A DNA stretch of 63,445 nt, counting the filler, from Octopus bimaculoides (taxonomy: Eukaryota): NCBI RefSeq assembly GCF_001194135.2. It is 5 parts of 4 records of this genome, joined end to end, with 100 filler letters (N's around TTAATTAATTAA, not from the genome) between each part and the next. Parts side by side here need not be neighbours in the genome. Positions count along the whole stretch, not along the records: positions 21,409 to 48,535 come from NC_068985.1; positions 48,636 to 56,346 come from NC_068985.1; positions 56,447 to 61,561 come from NC_069006.1; 2 more parts are not named here. One strand, given 5' to 3'. The notes beneath the pieces are model-generated. The model did not search any database and was not told where the DNA came from. It saw only the letters and a list, made by a program, of their open reading frames with translations. The position numbers were made by a program, and so were the translations under genes. How positions within the stretch are numbered: position 1 is the first letter of the stretch; the number at the start of each line of letters is the position of its first letter. Below, in pieces: positions 47,516 to 60,594 of this stretch.

Positions 47516-48535
47516 ACTTGTTGAAAACATGAAAGACTAAAAAAACTTCACTCTATTCTGAAAGAAAGCAAAAAATTCGGTTCTGATCTCTTAGATACCT
47601 ACCAGATTGATTAGGTTGAAGGAAATGCGCCAATTGCTGCTGCAAAGACAATAAAATTAATTGCAAAGACAAAAGCACATGAAAAATTAGCTAGCAGTTG
47701 GGAACAGAAACCTCTGCATGGCAAGTATGTGGCTCGTAGCAAACAAGCTGATGTCGACCAGAAACGCACGCATCAATGGTTACGAAGCTCAGGGCTAAAA
47801 GCAGAGAGTGAAGGTTTCATATTAGCTGCTCAAGACCAAAGCTTATTAACCCGGAACTACCAAGCCAATGTGATAAAAAATGGAGCTGACCCAAAATACC
47901 GATTCTGTAACAATGAGATTGAAACTATAGACCACCTAATTTCAATGTGTAGAGTCTTAGCACCTGTAGAATATAAAGCAAGACATGACAGAGTTGGCCA
48001 GTATTTACACTGGACAATATCTCGGCATTAAAAATCAAAACCGCTGACAAATGGTATAAACACGATCCTGAAGCTGTGACTGAGGGAGAAAGTGTATCGA
48101 TTCTCTGGGACTTCTCCGTACATACCGACAAAACTATAAAAGCTAATAAACCGGATATTATTATAAAAGATCAGACAAAAAAGATATGTTTATTAATTGA
48201 CATGAGTATTCCTTGCGATCACAATATAGCAGCGAAAGAATTTGACAAGATTAGTAAATATAAAGATTTGCTAATAGAAATTGAAAAAATGTGGCATCTC
48301 AAGGCGACTACCGTACCAGTGATTGTAGGATCTCTAGGAATGATAAAAAAAAAGGTACTGAAACCTATTTGAAAATGATACTAAGCCTACCATCCCTACA
48401 GGAAGTGCAAAAAATTGTGTTAACTGGAATGACTCATGTACTGAGAAGAGCATTATCGCTGTGAAAACAACATCCATTCATAAATTTATTTATTCTTTTA
48501 TTTTTTAAATACATATTTTATCTGTGAATTTGCGT
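47516..48535 (+). mobile_element. R4/Dong-type non-LTR element, 3' part
   Basis: WEQKPLHGKY...WLRSSGLKAESEGFILAAQDQSL...ETIDHLISMC...RHD...ANKPDIII...LIDMSIPCDHN...KYKDL...PVIVGSLG...VLRRALSL*. Follows (AAT)n. Confidence 0.9.
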
Positions 48536-48641
48536 NNNNNNNNNNNNNNNNNNNNNNNNNNNNNNNNNNNNNNNNNNNNTTAATTAATTAANNNNNNNNN
48601 NNNNNNNNNNNNNNNNNNNNNNNNNNNNNNNNNNNTATATA

Positions 48642-48677
<36 letters not shown>

Positions 48678-48700
48678 GTAACTATAAATACATACATACA

Positions 48701-48732
<32 letters not shown>

Positions 48733-49388
48733 CCCGCATGCATTGAGAGTCAGAGAGACAGACACGCACACACACGAGATGAAAAACAACTGAAGTCTAA
48801 ATGTGCTAGTGAAAGAGGTTTTTAATTTTTCAGGGTGTGAAGACAATTTTTTTTTAAATATAGAAAAAAGCGAGTGCTATTCAACTTGTTTTTTCGTTTC
48901 AACTTTTACCTCGAGAAATTTGCACATAACTTATTGATGATGTGATCGGAAAATAAGTATAGAAAATAACACTATATTTGTGTGTGTGTGTGTGTGCGTG
49001 TACATCTATGTGTACACGCGTGTGTGTGTATTGTGTGTGTTCTATGTGTGTGTGTGTGTGCGTTTACCCGCACGTATGTGTCTGTTTGTCAAAAGGTGTT
49101 TTCACATACTTTCAGTGCGAGAGTGGTAACATAAGATCAATACACACACATACATGTATATATATATATATATATATTTANNNNNNNNNNNNNNNNNNNN
49201 NNNNNNNNNNNNNNNNNNNNNNNNNNNNNNNNNNNNNNNNNNNNNNNNNNNNNNNNNNNNNNNNNNNNNNNNNNNNNNNNNNNNNNNNNNNNNNNNNNNN
49301 NNNNNNNNNNNNNNNNNNNNNNNNNNNNNNNNNNNNNNNNNNNNNNNNNNNNNNNNNNNNNNNTATATATATACATATATATATATAT

Positions 49389-49455
<67 letters not shown>

Positions 49456-50214
49456 CATACATACATACATACATACATACATTCATACATATATATATAT
49501 ATATACACACATAAATATAAACATAAATATATATATATGTATATATATATATATATGCATGTATATGTATATACATACATATAAATATACATATATATAT
49601 ATATACATACATGCATACATACATAAATACATCGACAGATAGACTGATAGATAGATATACATACATTTACATATATATACATACATATGTAAGTGTATGT
49701 ACTTGTGTGTGTGTGTGTTTGTGCTTGTGTGTGCGTAGAACTACATGTATGTCCATATAATCGTCTGTAGTTGTTTACACTTTTCTAGCTTCTCACATCT
49801 AGAAGTGAGAATGACTATTAAAAATCAAACGTTCTTGAAACACTAAACGTTTCTACAGCTTGTTGTTGACATAACTATATGACAACTAGACAGGACACCA
49901 CGTCCTTTGTGAATAATCTATACGCAAAGAGACAATAATAATCTTGGGATTCGGGTGAATAGTCGTGGGAATTTCTTCTGTTTTAAAATTGGTAAATTCG
50001 ATGTCTGATTTAATCATGGTCACTCAAAATGCAAGACATAAATATACATCTGTATACATATGCTAATGCATACGTATGTTGATATATTTTAGTTGTTTTG
50101 GACATTACTGTCACGATTCCAAGGATTCGTAAAGACAGTTACCTGGTTTCAGGGAGTGTAAGTGACCGAGGCCACTACACTGCATCTGAACGGGCACCAG
50201 TCGTCGCTCAATAG

Positions 50215-50335
50215 ACCGGAGTAAGGTAACGTGAAAAACAGCTGAGTAAACCGGAGTCAGGTGGCGTGAAGAACAGCTGAGTAGACTGCAGTCAGGTAAT
50301 GTGAAAAACAGCTGAGAATACGGAGTTATGTAAGG
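50215..50335. repeat. 35-bp minisatellite, about 3.4 units
   Basis: Units start at 50215, 50250, 50285 and 50320; consensus ACCGGAGTCAGGTAACGTGAAAAACAGCTGAGTA. Confidence 0.9.
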
Positions 50336-50499
50336 TGTAAAACCAAAAAGTAAAAAGAAAAATAAATTGCACCGCTTGGAAAACGAAACCGCGCCCATAA
50401 GTTCTTCGATAAAAAACCCTAACAACACACCTTCATTTGGGTCTATTGTTGGTTCCATATATATATGTATATGCGTATATGTTGTATCTGTGAGTTTGA

Positions 50500-50870
50500 T
50501 GCTCGTATAAATGTTCACATATCTTAGACGATATCACTGTAAGAATCCCGAAGAACTTTTACGGAGATACTGCAAAAATGACGCTGGTCAATTATAGATA
50601 TGACAATACCAAATACACCTACATCACCGACATTTTGGAAATAGATGGAGTAGAATCTTTTGCAATCTGCACCAATTTACGACCACAAGTAGTCGCGGCT
50701 GCCAAACCAGTTTACTTGCACGTTGCACCAGACTGCTACATTGAACCTTGCCATTCCATGTTTCGAAAAATTAGTAACCTCGAGTGACTTAGGAAGCAGA
50801 TGTTCCTGAAAATCGATGGCGTACCTGTACCTGCAATGTTCAGTACAAGTGAACTAGAAAGTTAAGGAAT
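50500..50870 (+). pseudogene. Degenerate coding relic, possibly a non-LTR ORF1 (gag-like)
   Basis: About 95 open codons (DITVRIPKNF...ITDILEIDGVESFAICTNLRPQ). A shifted frame gives SRGCQTSLLARC, which resembles a decayed Zn knuckle and parallels the layout at 37600-37712. Confidence 0.35.
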
Positions 50871-51289
50871 TACACTAACCTGACTATTACGGCAATTAAA
50901 AAAGCAAATTCCACTTTCTGATTGAAGTTGACACAGCTGCAGTTATATATAATGATTTTTGTAAAAGACATTGGTAAACTCATTAACCATGAAGATAGAC
51001 ATAAACACGTGCATGAAAACAGCAATATTAGGAAGTGTAAAGATAATAAGGGAGTTTCTCAAAAAGTATATATTGACTCTTTCTAATTTAAAGCATATCT
51101 GCTAATCTTGGACACTAGCGACAGCATTTGAAATTTTGTAAGCCACCAACATCCGTGTTGAACTTAAACGATATACGTAGTCTACAAGATGTATCTTATT
51201 CTTGATCAAAGGATGGAATCGTTGTATTTCAAGAGGATGAATTAGAAATATAGAACAAGAACACCACTAATGATTTATACATAATGCTC

Positions 51290-52160
51290 GAAATTTTGGT
51301 AGAAGGCGTGGCTAGTCGATTACATCGCCCTCAGCGCTGGCGCTTATTTCATCGAACGCGAATAAATAAAAATCAAAGTCTATCTCAGCGGAATTTCAAC
51401 TCCGAACGTAAAGCCAGAGGAAATGCCGCTTAGCCCTTTTCTTCCCGGCGTGCCCACGATTCTACCGGCTTGCTACAATAATATTTTCAAATTTTAGCAC
51501 CAGGCCCCAACACTTATGATAGAAGAGGAATGTCGATTATATCAACATCGGTAGTTAACTGGAAAGATTGCAAAAGAATGAAAGCTAAAGTCACCCTTGG
51601 TGGAATTTGAAGTCAGAACGTAAACCCAGAAGACATGTCAATAAGCAATATTTCCAGCGTGCTAAGGCGGCGAGCTGGCAGAAACGTTAGCACGCCGGGC
51701 GAAATGCTTAACGGTATTTTGTCTGTCTCTACGTTCTGAGTTCAAATTCCGCCGAGGTCGACTTTTCCTTTCATCTTTTCGGGGTCAATATATTAAGTAT
51801 CAGTTGCGTGCTGGCGCCTATCTAATCGGCTGGGCCCCACTCCAAATATTTCGGGTCTTGTTCCTAGAGTATAAAATAATTTTTCCAGCGTGCTAACGGT
51901 GCTGCCATCACGCGATATTACCACCACTACACCTCCTTAATGCCAGCAATTAACAACTTTTCAGGTTTTAGCACAAGGCCAGCAATTTTGAGGTACCTGG
52001 GAAATTGATTACATCAACTCGTAATTTCGGTAGTTGACTGGTTTATGGACCCTGAATGGATGAAAGGTAAAGGCAACCGGTAGAATTTGCGCTGGGGATG
52101 TCTTTAACAACTGATGCAGCCAACATATTTCCCAACGCGCTAACTTTTCTACCACGTAGC
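51290..52160. mobile_element. Cluster of four family B SINEs: three on minus, one on plus nested with a 15-bp TSD
   Basis: Minus copies at about 51290-51476, 51482-51665 (continuing after 51896) and 51955-52160. Plus copy at 51666-51881, flanked by TTTCCAGCGTGCTAA at 51651-51665 and 51882-51896. Confidence 0.85.
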
Positions 52161-53177
52161 TTTACGTCCAAGTAAAAGACAAGAACAAGAAAACGTCTGA
52201 AAAGAAAAACAAAACATCTTTTTCCAAAATGTAACTCTTGCCTAAGGGAAAACCAGGGAGTCCAAATAACCTTTCAAACTATTTGTAAATACTGCATTGT
52301 TCTGCAAAATCGGATGTTTATAGCTGCAACATATACTATAAGTACAACACAACAATAAGACTACAGCAATAAGACTATCAGATAAAAAAAAAACAATAAC
52401 TCATAAAAAGACTAGCAACGAAAAGGTAAACAACAAAACAATAAGTCAGTGGATTTATCGGAGAGATGAAAGAGTCACGTAAAAGAGGGAAAATAGATTT
52501 CATATTATCTCAACTTACTACATTTTTAATGATATTCATCCATCATTTTGTATCGCCATCATGGATATATATTTGTGTGTGTGTGTGTATGTGTGAGTGT
52601 ATGTGTGTATGTATGTGTGTGCATATATATGGGTGAGTGTATGTGTATATGTATATGTATATAAATATATATATATATACGTATAAATATATATATGCAC
52701 GTATGTNNNNNNNNNNNNNNNNNNNNNNNNNNNNNNNNNNNNNNNNNNNNNNNNNNNNNNNNNNNNNNNNNNNNNNNNNNNNNNNNNNNNNNNNNNNNNN
52801 NNNNNNNNNNNNNNNNNNNNNNNNNNNNNNNNNNNNNNNNNNNNNNNNNNNNNNNNNNNNNNNNNNNNNNNNNNNNNNNNNNNNNNNNNNNNNNNNNNNN
52901 NNNNNNNNNNNNNNNNNNNNNNNNNNNNNNNNNNNNNNNNNNNNNNNNNNNNNNNNNNNNNNNNNNNNNNNNNNNNNNNNNNNNNNNNNNNNNNNNNNNN
53001 NNNNNNNNNNNNNNNNNNNNNNNNNNNNNNNNNNNNNNNNNNNNNNNNNNNNNNNNNNNNNNNNNNNNNNNNNNNNNNNNNNNNNNNNNNNNNNNNNNNN
53101 NNNNNNNNNNNNNNNNNNNNNNNNNNNNNNNNNNNNNNNNNNNNNNNNNNNNNNNNNNNNNNNNNNNNNNNNNNNNN

Positions 53178-53213
<36 letters not shown>

Positions 53214-53528
53214 TATATACTACTTACATATCACTAACCCTTCTGTAAAAGTGTAGGGCTAGGCCCTTTGATATAAATCTTACTGTTGAAATCGTTTCTG
53301 ATGTCCCTTTTCTTGCCTGTCACAGGAAATTTAAATACAGATATTTAGACAGTGACCTGCGTGTCGTACAAGTCTATGTCACTATAATCCACTAATATAC
53401 GAACGGATGTCTTATAAGAGATAACTGACATCTGGCAAGATGAAACATTCACCAGGAATGCACGAATACGAGCAAATACATGTGTTTCCGTATGTAAGTG
53501 CGTATGTGTGTGTGTGTTATATACCTAT

Positions 53529-53560
<32 letters not shown>

Positions 53561-53733
53561 TGTACACACATATATACATAAATTGTTCCGCATATAGTTC
53601 ATCGCATACATCCGGTTGTTGTTGTGCACGAGATATATCTGTCTATCTGACTGTCTGTCTTTTTAATTCGCACTCTCTCTCTCTCTACCTCTTTCTTTCT
53701 ATCTATCTATCTGGATAGATAGATAGACAGACA

Positions 53734-53884
53734 GACATCGACCCCAGTGCGTAACTGGTACTTAATTTATCGACTCCGAAAGGATAAATGGCAAAGTCGA
53801 CCTCGGCGGAATTTGAAATCAGAACGTCAAGGAACGAAACGCCGCAAAGCATTTTGCTCGGCATGCTAACGATTCTGCCAACTC
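53734..53884 (-). mobile_element. SINE family B
   Basis: Reverse complement of the family B head and body. Confidence 0.85.
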
Positions 53885-53999
53885 CCCTCTATTTTCAAGC
53901 TGCCTTATGATTACAGTTAACTGATCTCCGTAAAAAGCGTGCAGAATCTGATACCGCTTAAATGTCTCATGCAACTGATGTCGTATTCGTTTCATTAAA

Positions 54000-54311
54000 G
54001 CCCCGTGGTTTGGCGGTTAGCTATTCCGCTCACGTCCCTGAGTTCGATTCTCGGTGTCATGTTGTGTCCTTGAGCGAGACACGTTATTTCACGTTGCTCC
54101 AGTCCACCCAGCTGGCAAAAATGAGTAGTATATGTTATTCAAAGGGCCAGCATTCTTACATTTTGTATCAAGCTGAAACTCCTTGAGAACTAAATTAAGA
54201 GTACGCATGTCTGCGGGGTGCTCAGCCACTTTTACCTTACTTTCATGAACAGTCTGTTCCTTTGATCGGACCTGCAGGAACTCTGGTAGTCGTGAGCGAC
54301 GGAGTGCCTGT
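54000..54311 (+). mobile_element. Chimeric SINE (family D CORE-like block plus family C 3' half)
   Basis: 54061-54125 matches 6345-6550; 54140-54311 matches the 3' half of 36441-36819 and 58404-58774. Confidence 0.7.
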
Positions 54312-54571
54312 TAAGGGCTGTTGTTCACGAAATTATTGTCAAATATACACCAGTTTTAAATATTGTATGGACTATAATCCCTCATTGACTTTCATATATT
54401 TATATTGATATACATATATATACGTGTGTTTGGGTGCGTGTGTGTATATACATCTCTATATATAAAGATGATGCGTAGTCTAGACGACGTTTTTTGATTT
54501 CATTATTCTCTTTAACCCGGGCAACGCCGGGTATTTCTGCTAGTGTATATATATATATATGAATATAAATA

Positions 54572-54604
<33 letters not shown>

Positions 54605-54606
54605 TG

Positions 54607-54686
<80 letters not shown>

Positions 54687-56305
54687 GATGTAGTCCACTC
54701 AACATTAAATCAGTTCCAGCCATAACTGAGAGGTTAAGTCTGCTAAGAACAAGCATACTGTTCAGAGTGAGGGGCAGTATCGTAATCTCACTCACCCATA
54801 CATCACGGAAACTGGTTTAAATTTCGATCTTATGGGACATAGGGCTCATTACAAGCCTAATTGTAAGGTAATTATATGATGTTATATGCAATAGATTTGG
54901 CTGTTATTTGTACCAGGTCGACGGGTTGCGAAGAGAGTCCCAATTAAGGATCGTTTCACAGTCACAGTTTCATCCAATCACCGAGAGTATAAGACAACTG
55001 TCTCTATGTATAAAAAAATATCAGTGTGATTTTCCATGCTGGCAAGATATGATAAAAGTTAATCATCTGCAACCTAGAATATATGTCGAATTTTTCAGAC
55101 TGACAGCTACACCATGGATTTATACACCAATATGGCCTCGGAGGACTAAAACGCCTGTGAAGTGCACCAGGATTTCGAAAGATAGTAACGAAGTTTGAAT
55201 GTTTACTATATATATACTACATCGTTTTGTATATCGGAAAATATGGTACAAAATTTCCGTAACAAACCAAGGATGAAATCAAAACAATAGAAAATAAAAG
55301 ACACTGAACCAGAGTACTGCAAGATAGAAGTGAATCAAGAACAATGTTGATACGAAGCGAACTTTTTAACAACACACCACTGTTGCACCTTTTATATATT
55401 ATCTATGTTTTTGATAAAAAATTCTATTCTTTCTTACCATATTTTCCTGCAGATATCTCGAATATTTTTTAGACTAAAGTTTAGAAGATGTTAGGTTAAC
55501 TTATATACCAAGATAACTTTGGGAGGACAAAAAGGGCATCTAAAATGTAGCAGTATTCGGAAGACAGTGACGATGTTTGAATGTTTACACATTACACTAC
55601 AAGTTTACACTATATACAACGCCGACTTATATGTCGGAAGATACAGTAAATATTCTTTTCAGAAATACAAGAAACACATAAGATTTGAATCATGCCTGCT
55701 TTGGTTGTTTAAACCCACGACACGAAAATGTTAATTTTATTTCCCACTTTCGCAGCGTTTGAACATCTCGATATTATACCAACGTCTTTTGGAATTGTTG
55801 CAGTTGTAGACTAGACACTCAGCCTATTCCTAAGTATCTGTGCTTCAACCGTTGAACAGTCAGTCTTATAAATTCTAAGCATACCTTCTCCAAAATTAAT
55901 TTATAAAGATTACATAGATACTTACATTGATTATATATCAATATAATAACTCGTCACAAATTCCTATAATTGATTGAATGAACACTGATACAAGCCGTTA
56001 TAATTTATCGAACCTGGAAGGTTGTCTAAAAAGCAAAATGCATCTTTGTATCATGTGAATTCACTCACAGCTATTTCACCAACCTCCTGGGTTTTTCTCT
56101 TACTCTCCCTACACGAGATAGTTCTCCTCCTTTACTTTATCCTTTCTCCCCATCTCTCTCTCCCTCTCTCTTCATCCATTGCTCTATCATTACATGTACA
56201 CCCTTCGTCTCGTCTACATATGTTCCTTTGTCTTTGTAAATATTCTTTCGTATTACTTCTCGCCATCAATCTTCTATCCCTTACACAGACACACACAAAC
56301 ACACA

Positions 56306-56346
<41 letters not shown>

Positions 56347-56576
56347 NNNNNNNNNNNNNNNNNNNNNNNNNNNNNNNNNNNNNNNNNNNNTTAATTAATT
56401 AANNNNNNNNNNNNNNNNNNNNNNNNNNNNNNNNNNNNNNNNNNNNTTTTCTTTTTTTATTTTTGTTCCTCTTTTTGTCAAATCGACCCATCTTCATTCT
56501 TCAATCGTTTGTGCAGGAACGTCTCGCGTCTCGAACCTAAAACATTTGTATAAAATAAACCTGTTGCTGATAACTA

Positions 56577-56616
<40 letters not shown>

Positions 56617-56916
56617 TGTGTGTGTTTGGATATGTTTGCATATGTGTATGTGTGTGTAAGTACGTGTGTGTATGTGTGTGTTTGTATATGTGTATATGTG
56701 TATATTTATGTGTGTACGTATGTGCGTCCATTTTCTGCGCGCGTGCATCTCTGTATATATGTGCTAGTGTTATGTGTGCCTTTCTTTTTTTCTTCTTCTT
56801 ATTCCATTACTGGTATCAGTTGTAGGACTGTGGTCACGCTGGAGCATCTCCTGAAATTATTTTCGTTCAGTTTTGTTGTCGCATTAAGGCAAGGAATTGG
56901 TTCTATGAGTTGCGTC

Positions 56917-56948
<32 letters not shown>

Positions 56949-57141
56949 GTTTCATCTGTGTGTGTATGTGTGTGCGTGTGTTTGTATACAATTATATATA
57001 TGTAGATATATATATATTCAAAGACGTATGTATATATACATATACGTGTGTATATCTATATTATATCCACATTCCTATGTTTACATATGTATATATATAT
57101 ATATGTATGTATGTATGTATACCTTTATCTATGTCATACAT

Positions 57142-57173
<32 letters not shown>

Positions 57174-57899
57174 TATGTATATATATATATATNNNNNNNN
57201 NNNNNNNNNNNNNNNNNNNNNNNNNNNNNNNNNNNNNNNNNNNNNNNNNNNNNNNNNNNNNNNNNNNNNNNNNNNNNNNNNNNNNNNNNNNNNNNNNNNN
57301 NNNNNNNNNNNNNNNNNNNNNNNNNNNNNNNNNNNNNNNNNNNNNNNNNNNNNNNNNNNNNNNNNNNNNNNNNNNTATATATATGTAGATATATATATAT
57401 TCAAAGACGTATGTATATATACATATACGTGTGTATATCTATATTATATCCACATTCCTATGTTTACATATGTATATATATATATATGTATGTATGTATG
57501 TATCACACACACACATGCATATGTATATTGTACACCCGCACTACGGCAAGACATAGTTTCGTATACATAACTACATCGTTGCTGGCATGTAAGTCACCTG
57601 TGACGTCTGTGTACAGAAACGGAATAAAATCACAACAAACACCCCCCCCCCAAAAAAAAAAATAAACAAAGAAAAACAAACTAACAAACAAACAAAAAAA
57701 CTCAAGAACCGCAGCAGCTCTGCGAACGGCTACACCTTTCCTCTCCTCCTCCTCCCTTTCTCCTCCTCCCCTTCACCTTCTGTCTATCTCCATCTCACTT
57801 CGCCACAGACCAAACTCTGCTGGTGAGATAGATTCACTACAAGGTGTTTGTTTTCTCAATAAACACTGTCTGCTGAGCCTAGTGCAGCGTGACTCTCTT

Positions 57900-57930
<31 letters not shown>

Positions 57931-58403
57931 GTATGTATGTATCTATACAAATGTGGGTATATATATATTATATATATATGCTATATATATACGTGTGTGT
58001 CGTGGTGTGTATGTGAGTGTTGATTACTCTATGTTCATGTTTATATATATATATTAAGTAACAGCTATACATCATTTATACGCAGCTGGATAATTTGATG
58101 TGAGAGGAGGAAGTGTGTTAATGAAGACAGCTAAGAAGAAACAGAGTCAGACGTGGGAAATGTCTAAGAGCAGCAGAGTTGCCTCTTGTCTTTGTTTCAT
58201 TGTACTTGCTTCAATCATTCAATTACGGCCATACTGGGGCATCGCCTGGAAGAGTTTCTAGTCGAATGCATTGACCCTTAGTACTTTTTTCTAGTCTAGA
58301 AGCAGCTGTAAGAAACTTTACGTATTATTTCTTAATCCCTTATTTACTATAACTACTCTGCAATTATGTTTGAATTATAAATTACATGCTCTAAAGTGAT
58401 ATC

Positions 58404-58774
58404 GAAGGTGCAATGGCCCAGTGGTTAGGGCAGCGGACTCGCGGTTTCGATTCCCAGACCGGGCGTTGTGAGTGTTTATTGAGCGAAAACACCTAAAGCT
58501 CCACGAGGCTCCGGCAGGGGACGGTGGCGAACCCTGCTGTACTCTTTCACCACAGCTTTCTCTCACTCTTACTTCCTGTTTCTGTTGTGCCTGTAATTCA
58601 AAGGGGTCAGCCTTGTCACACTGTGTCACGCTGAATCTCCCCCGAAAACTACGCTAAGGGTACACGTGTCTGTGGAGTGCTCAGCCACTTGCACGTTAAT
58701 TTCACGAGCAGGCTGTTCCATTGATCGGATCAACTGGAACCCTCGACGTCGTAAGCGACGGAAATGCCAACAAC
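58404..58774 (+). mobile_element. SINE family C with 11-bp TSD
   Basis: TSD AAAGTGATATC at 58393-58403 and 58775-58785; CAA-repeat tail. Confidence 0.9.
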
Positions 58775-59397
58775 AAAGTGATATCTAAACACTTATAATA
58801 CATACTACATTCTGGTAGTAACAGCTGAATAGGATGACAATGGTAATGATGGCTCTCTTGTGTTATTCTGAGGAGCGTTTGAGTGGCCTGGCTGTGGAGA
58901 AGAGCTAGGGACTGCGTTGTTCAATGGGTCATCAATTGTTCTAGTATTGAAGAGTGATTTCCGATGCTGATCATATTGTTGTCGCTATCATTTAGTTGTG
59001 GTAAGGGTAGTAGCAGTAGAACATGATGACAATGATGATGATGATGATGATGGGTCACTTGTGGTATTTTGAGGAAATGAGGCTCTTGATTGTGCAATTT
59101 AATAGTTATATAATTTTAATTTTAATGTTGAGGATGCTTTTGTTCTGTAATATATCTGTTGAGAAATATTTGGGGGGGGGGATGGGGGTTCTTTTTCATT
59201 CTTTTAATTCTTTGGGAAGAAAAAAAAAAACCTAACTTCAAGCAACTTTTTAAAGATCAATTTTTAAACTCTTACTTTCTAAGCTTGGGAAAGGTCAGTA
59301 GTGGGTGCAATATTGAATTTTGCACCTATGCAAAATTTTAGGGGGTGGTGCTCTTGTCCCCCCTGCACCCCCTGTTTCCGGGCCCTTGCATCCATCC

Positions 59398-59409
59398 ATC
59401 CATCCATCC

Positions 59410-59461
<52 letters not shown>

Positions 59462-59534
59462 GTCTGTCTGTCTGTCTGTCTGTCTAGTTATCTATCTATT
59501 TGTATATCTATCTATCTATCCATCCATCCATTCT

Positions 59535-59583
<49 letters not shown>

Positions 59584-59596
59584 ATATCTATCTTTG

Positions 59597-59627
<31 letters not shown>

Positions 59628-60500
59628 NNNNNNNNNNNNNNNNNNNNNNNNNNNNNNNNNNNNNNNNNNNNNNNNNNNNNNNNNNNNNNNNNNNNNNNNN
59701 NNNNNNNNNNNNNNNNNNNNNNNNNNNNNNNNNNNNNNNNNNNNNNNNNNNNNNNNNNNNNNNNNNNNNNNNNNNNNNNNNNNNNNNNNNNNNNNNNNNN
59801 NNNNNNNNNNNNNNNNNNNNNNNNNNNNNNNNNNNNNNNNNNNNNNNNNNNNNNNNNNNNNNNNNNNNNNNNNNNNNNNNNNNNNNNNNNNNNNNNNNNN
59901 NNNNNNNNNNNNNNNNNNNNNNNNNNNNNNNNNNNNNNNNNNNNNNNNNNNNNNNNNNNNNNNNNNNNNNNNNNNNNNNNNNNNNNNNNNNNNNNNNNNN
60001 NNNNNNNNNNNNNNNNNNNNNNNNNNNNNNNNNNNNNNNNNNNNNNNNNNNNNNNNNNNNNNNNNNNNNNNNNNNNNNNNNNNNNNNNNNNNNNNNNNNN
60101 NNNNNNNNNNNNNNNNNNNNNNNNNNNNNNNNNNNNNNNNNNNNNNNNNNNNNNNNNNNNNNNNNNNNNNNNNNNNNNNNNNNNNNNNNNNNNNNNNNNN
60201 NNNNNNNNNNNNNNNNNNNNNNNNNNNNNNNNNNNNNNNNNNNNNNNNNNNNNNNNNNNNNNNNNNNNNNNNNNNNNNNNNNNNNNNNNNNNNNNNNNNN
60301 NNNNNNNNNNNNNNNNNNNNNNNNNNNNNNNNNNNNNNNNNNNNNNNNNNNNNNNNNNNNNNNNNNNNNNNNNNNNNNNNNNNNNNNNNNNNNNNNNNNN
60401 NNNNNNNNNNNNNNNNNNNNNNNNNNNNNNNNNNNNNNNNNNNNNNNNNNNNNNNNNNNNNNNNNNNNNNNNNNNNNNNNNNNNNNNNNNNTTCTCTCTA

Positions 60501-60592
<92 letters not shown>
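59398..60592. repeat. Large (TATC)n/(TC)n microsatellite spanning a gap
   Basis: Directly visible on both sides of the N-run. Confidence 0.9.

Positions 60593-60594
<2 letters not shown>

Noticed and set aside
50215-50335. CRISPR-like array
   Set aside because: The units are directly tandem with no unique spacers, the context is eukaryotic, and no cas genes are present.
56995-57503. About 125-bp exact duplication on either side of the 57193-57375 gap
   Set aside because: Identical copies flanking a gap most likely reflect unmerged overlapping contigs; a real tandem repeat cannot be excluded without long reads.
57544-57632. GAAAC-TAT-GTC (minus) and CTG-TGA...GAAAC (plus) hammerhead-like pieces
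   Set aside because: The CUGA box is missing or broken in both, so neither can be supported from this copy.
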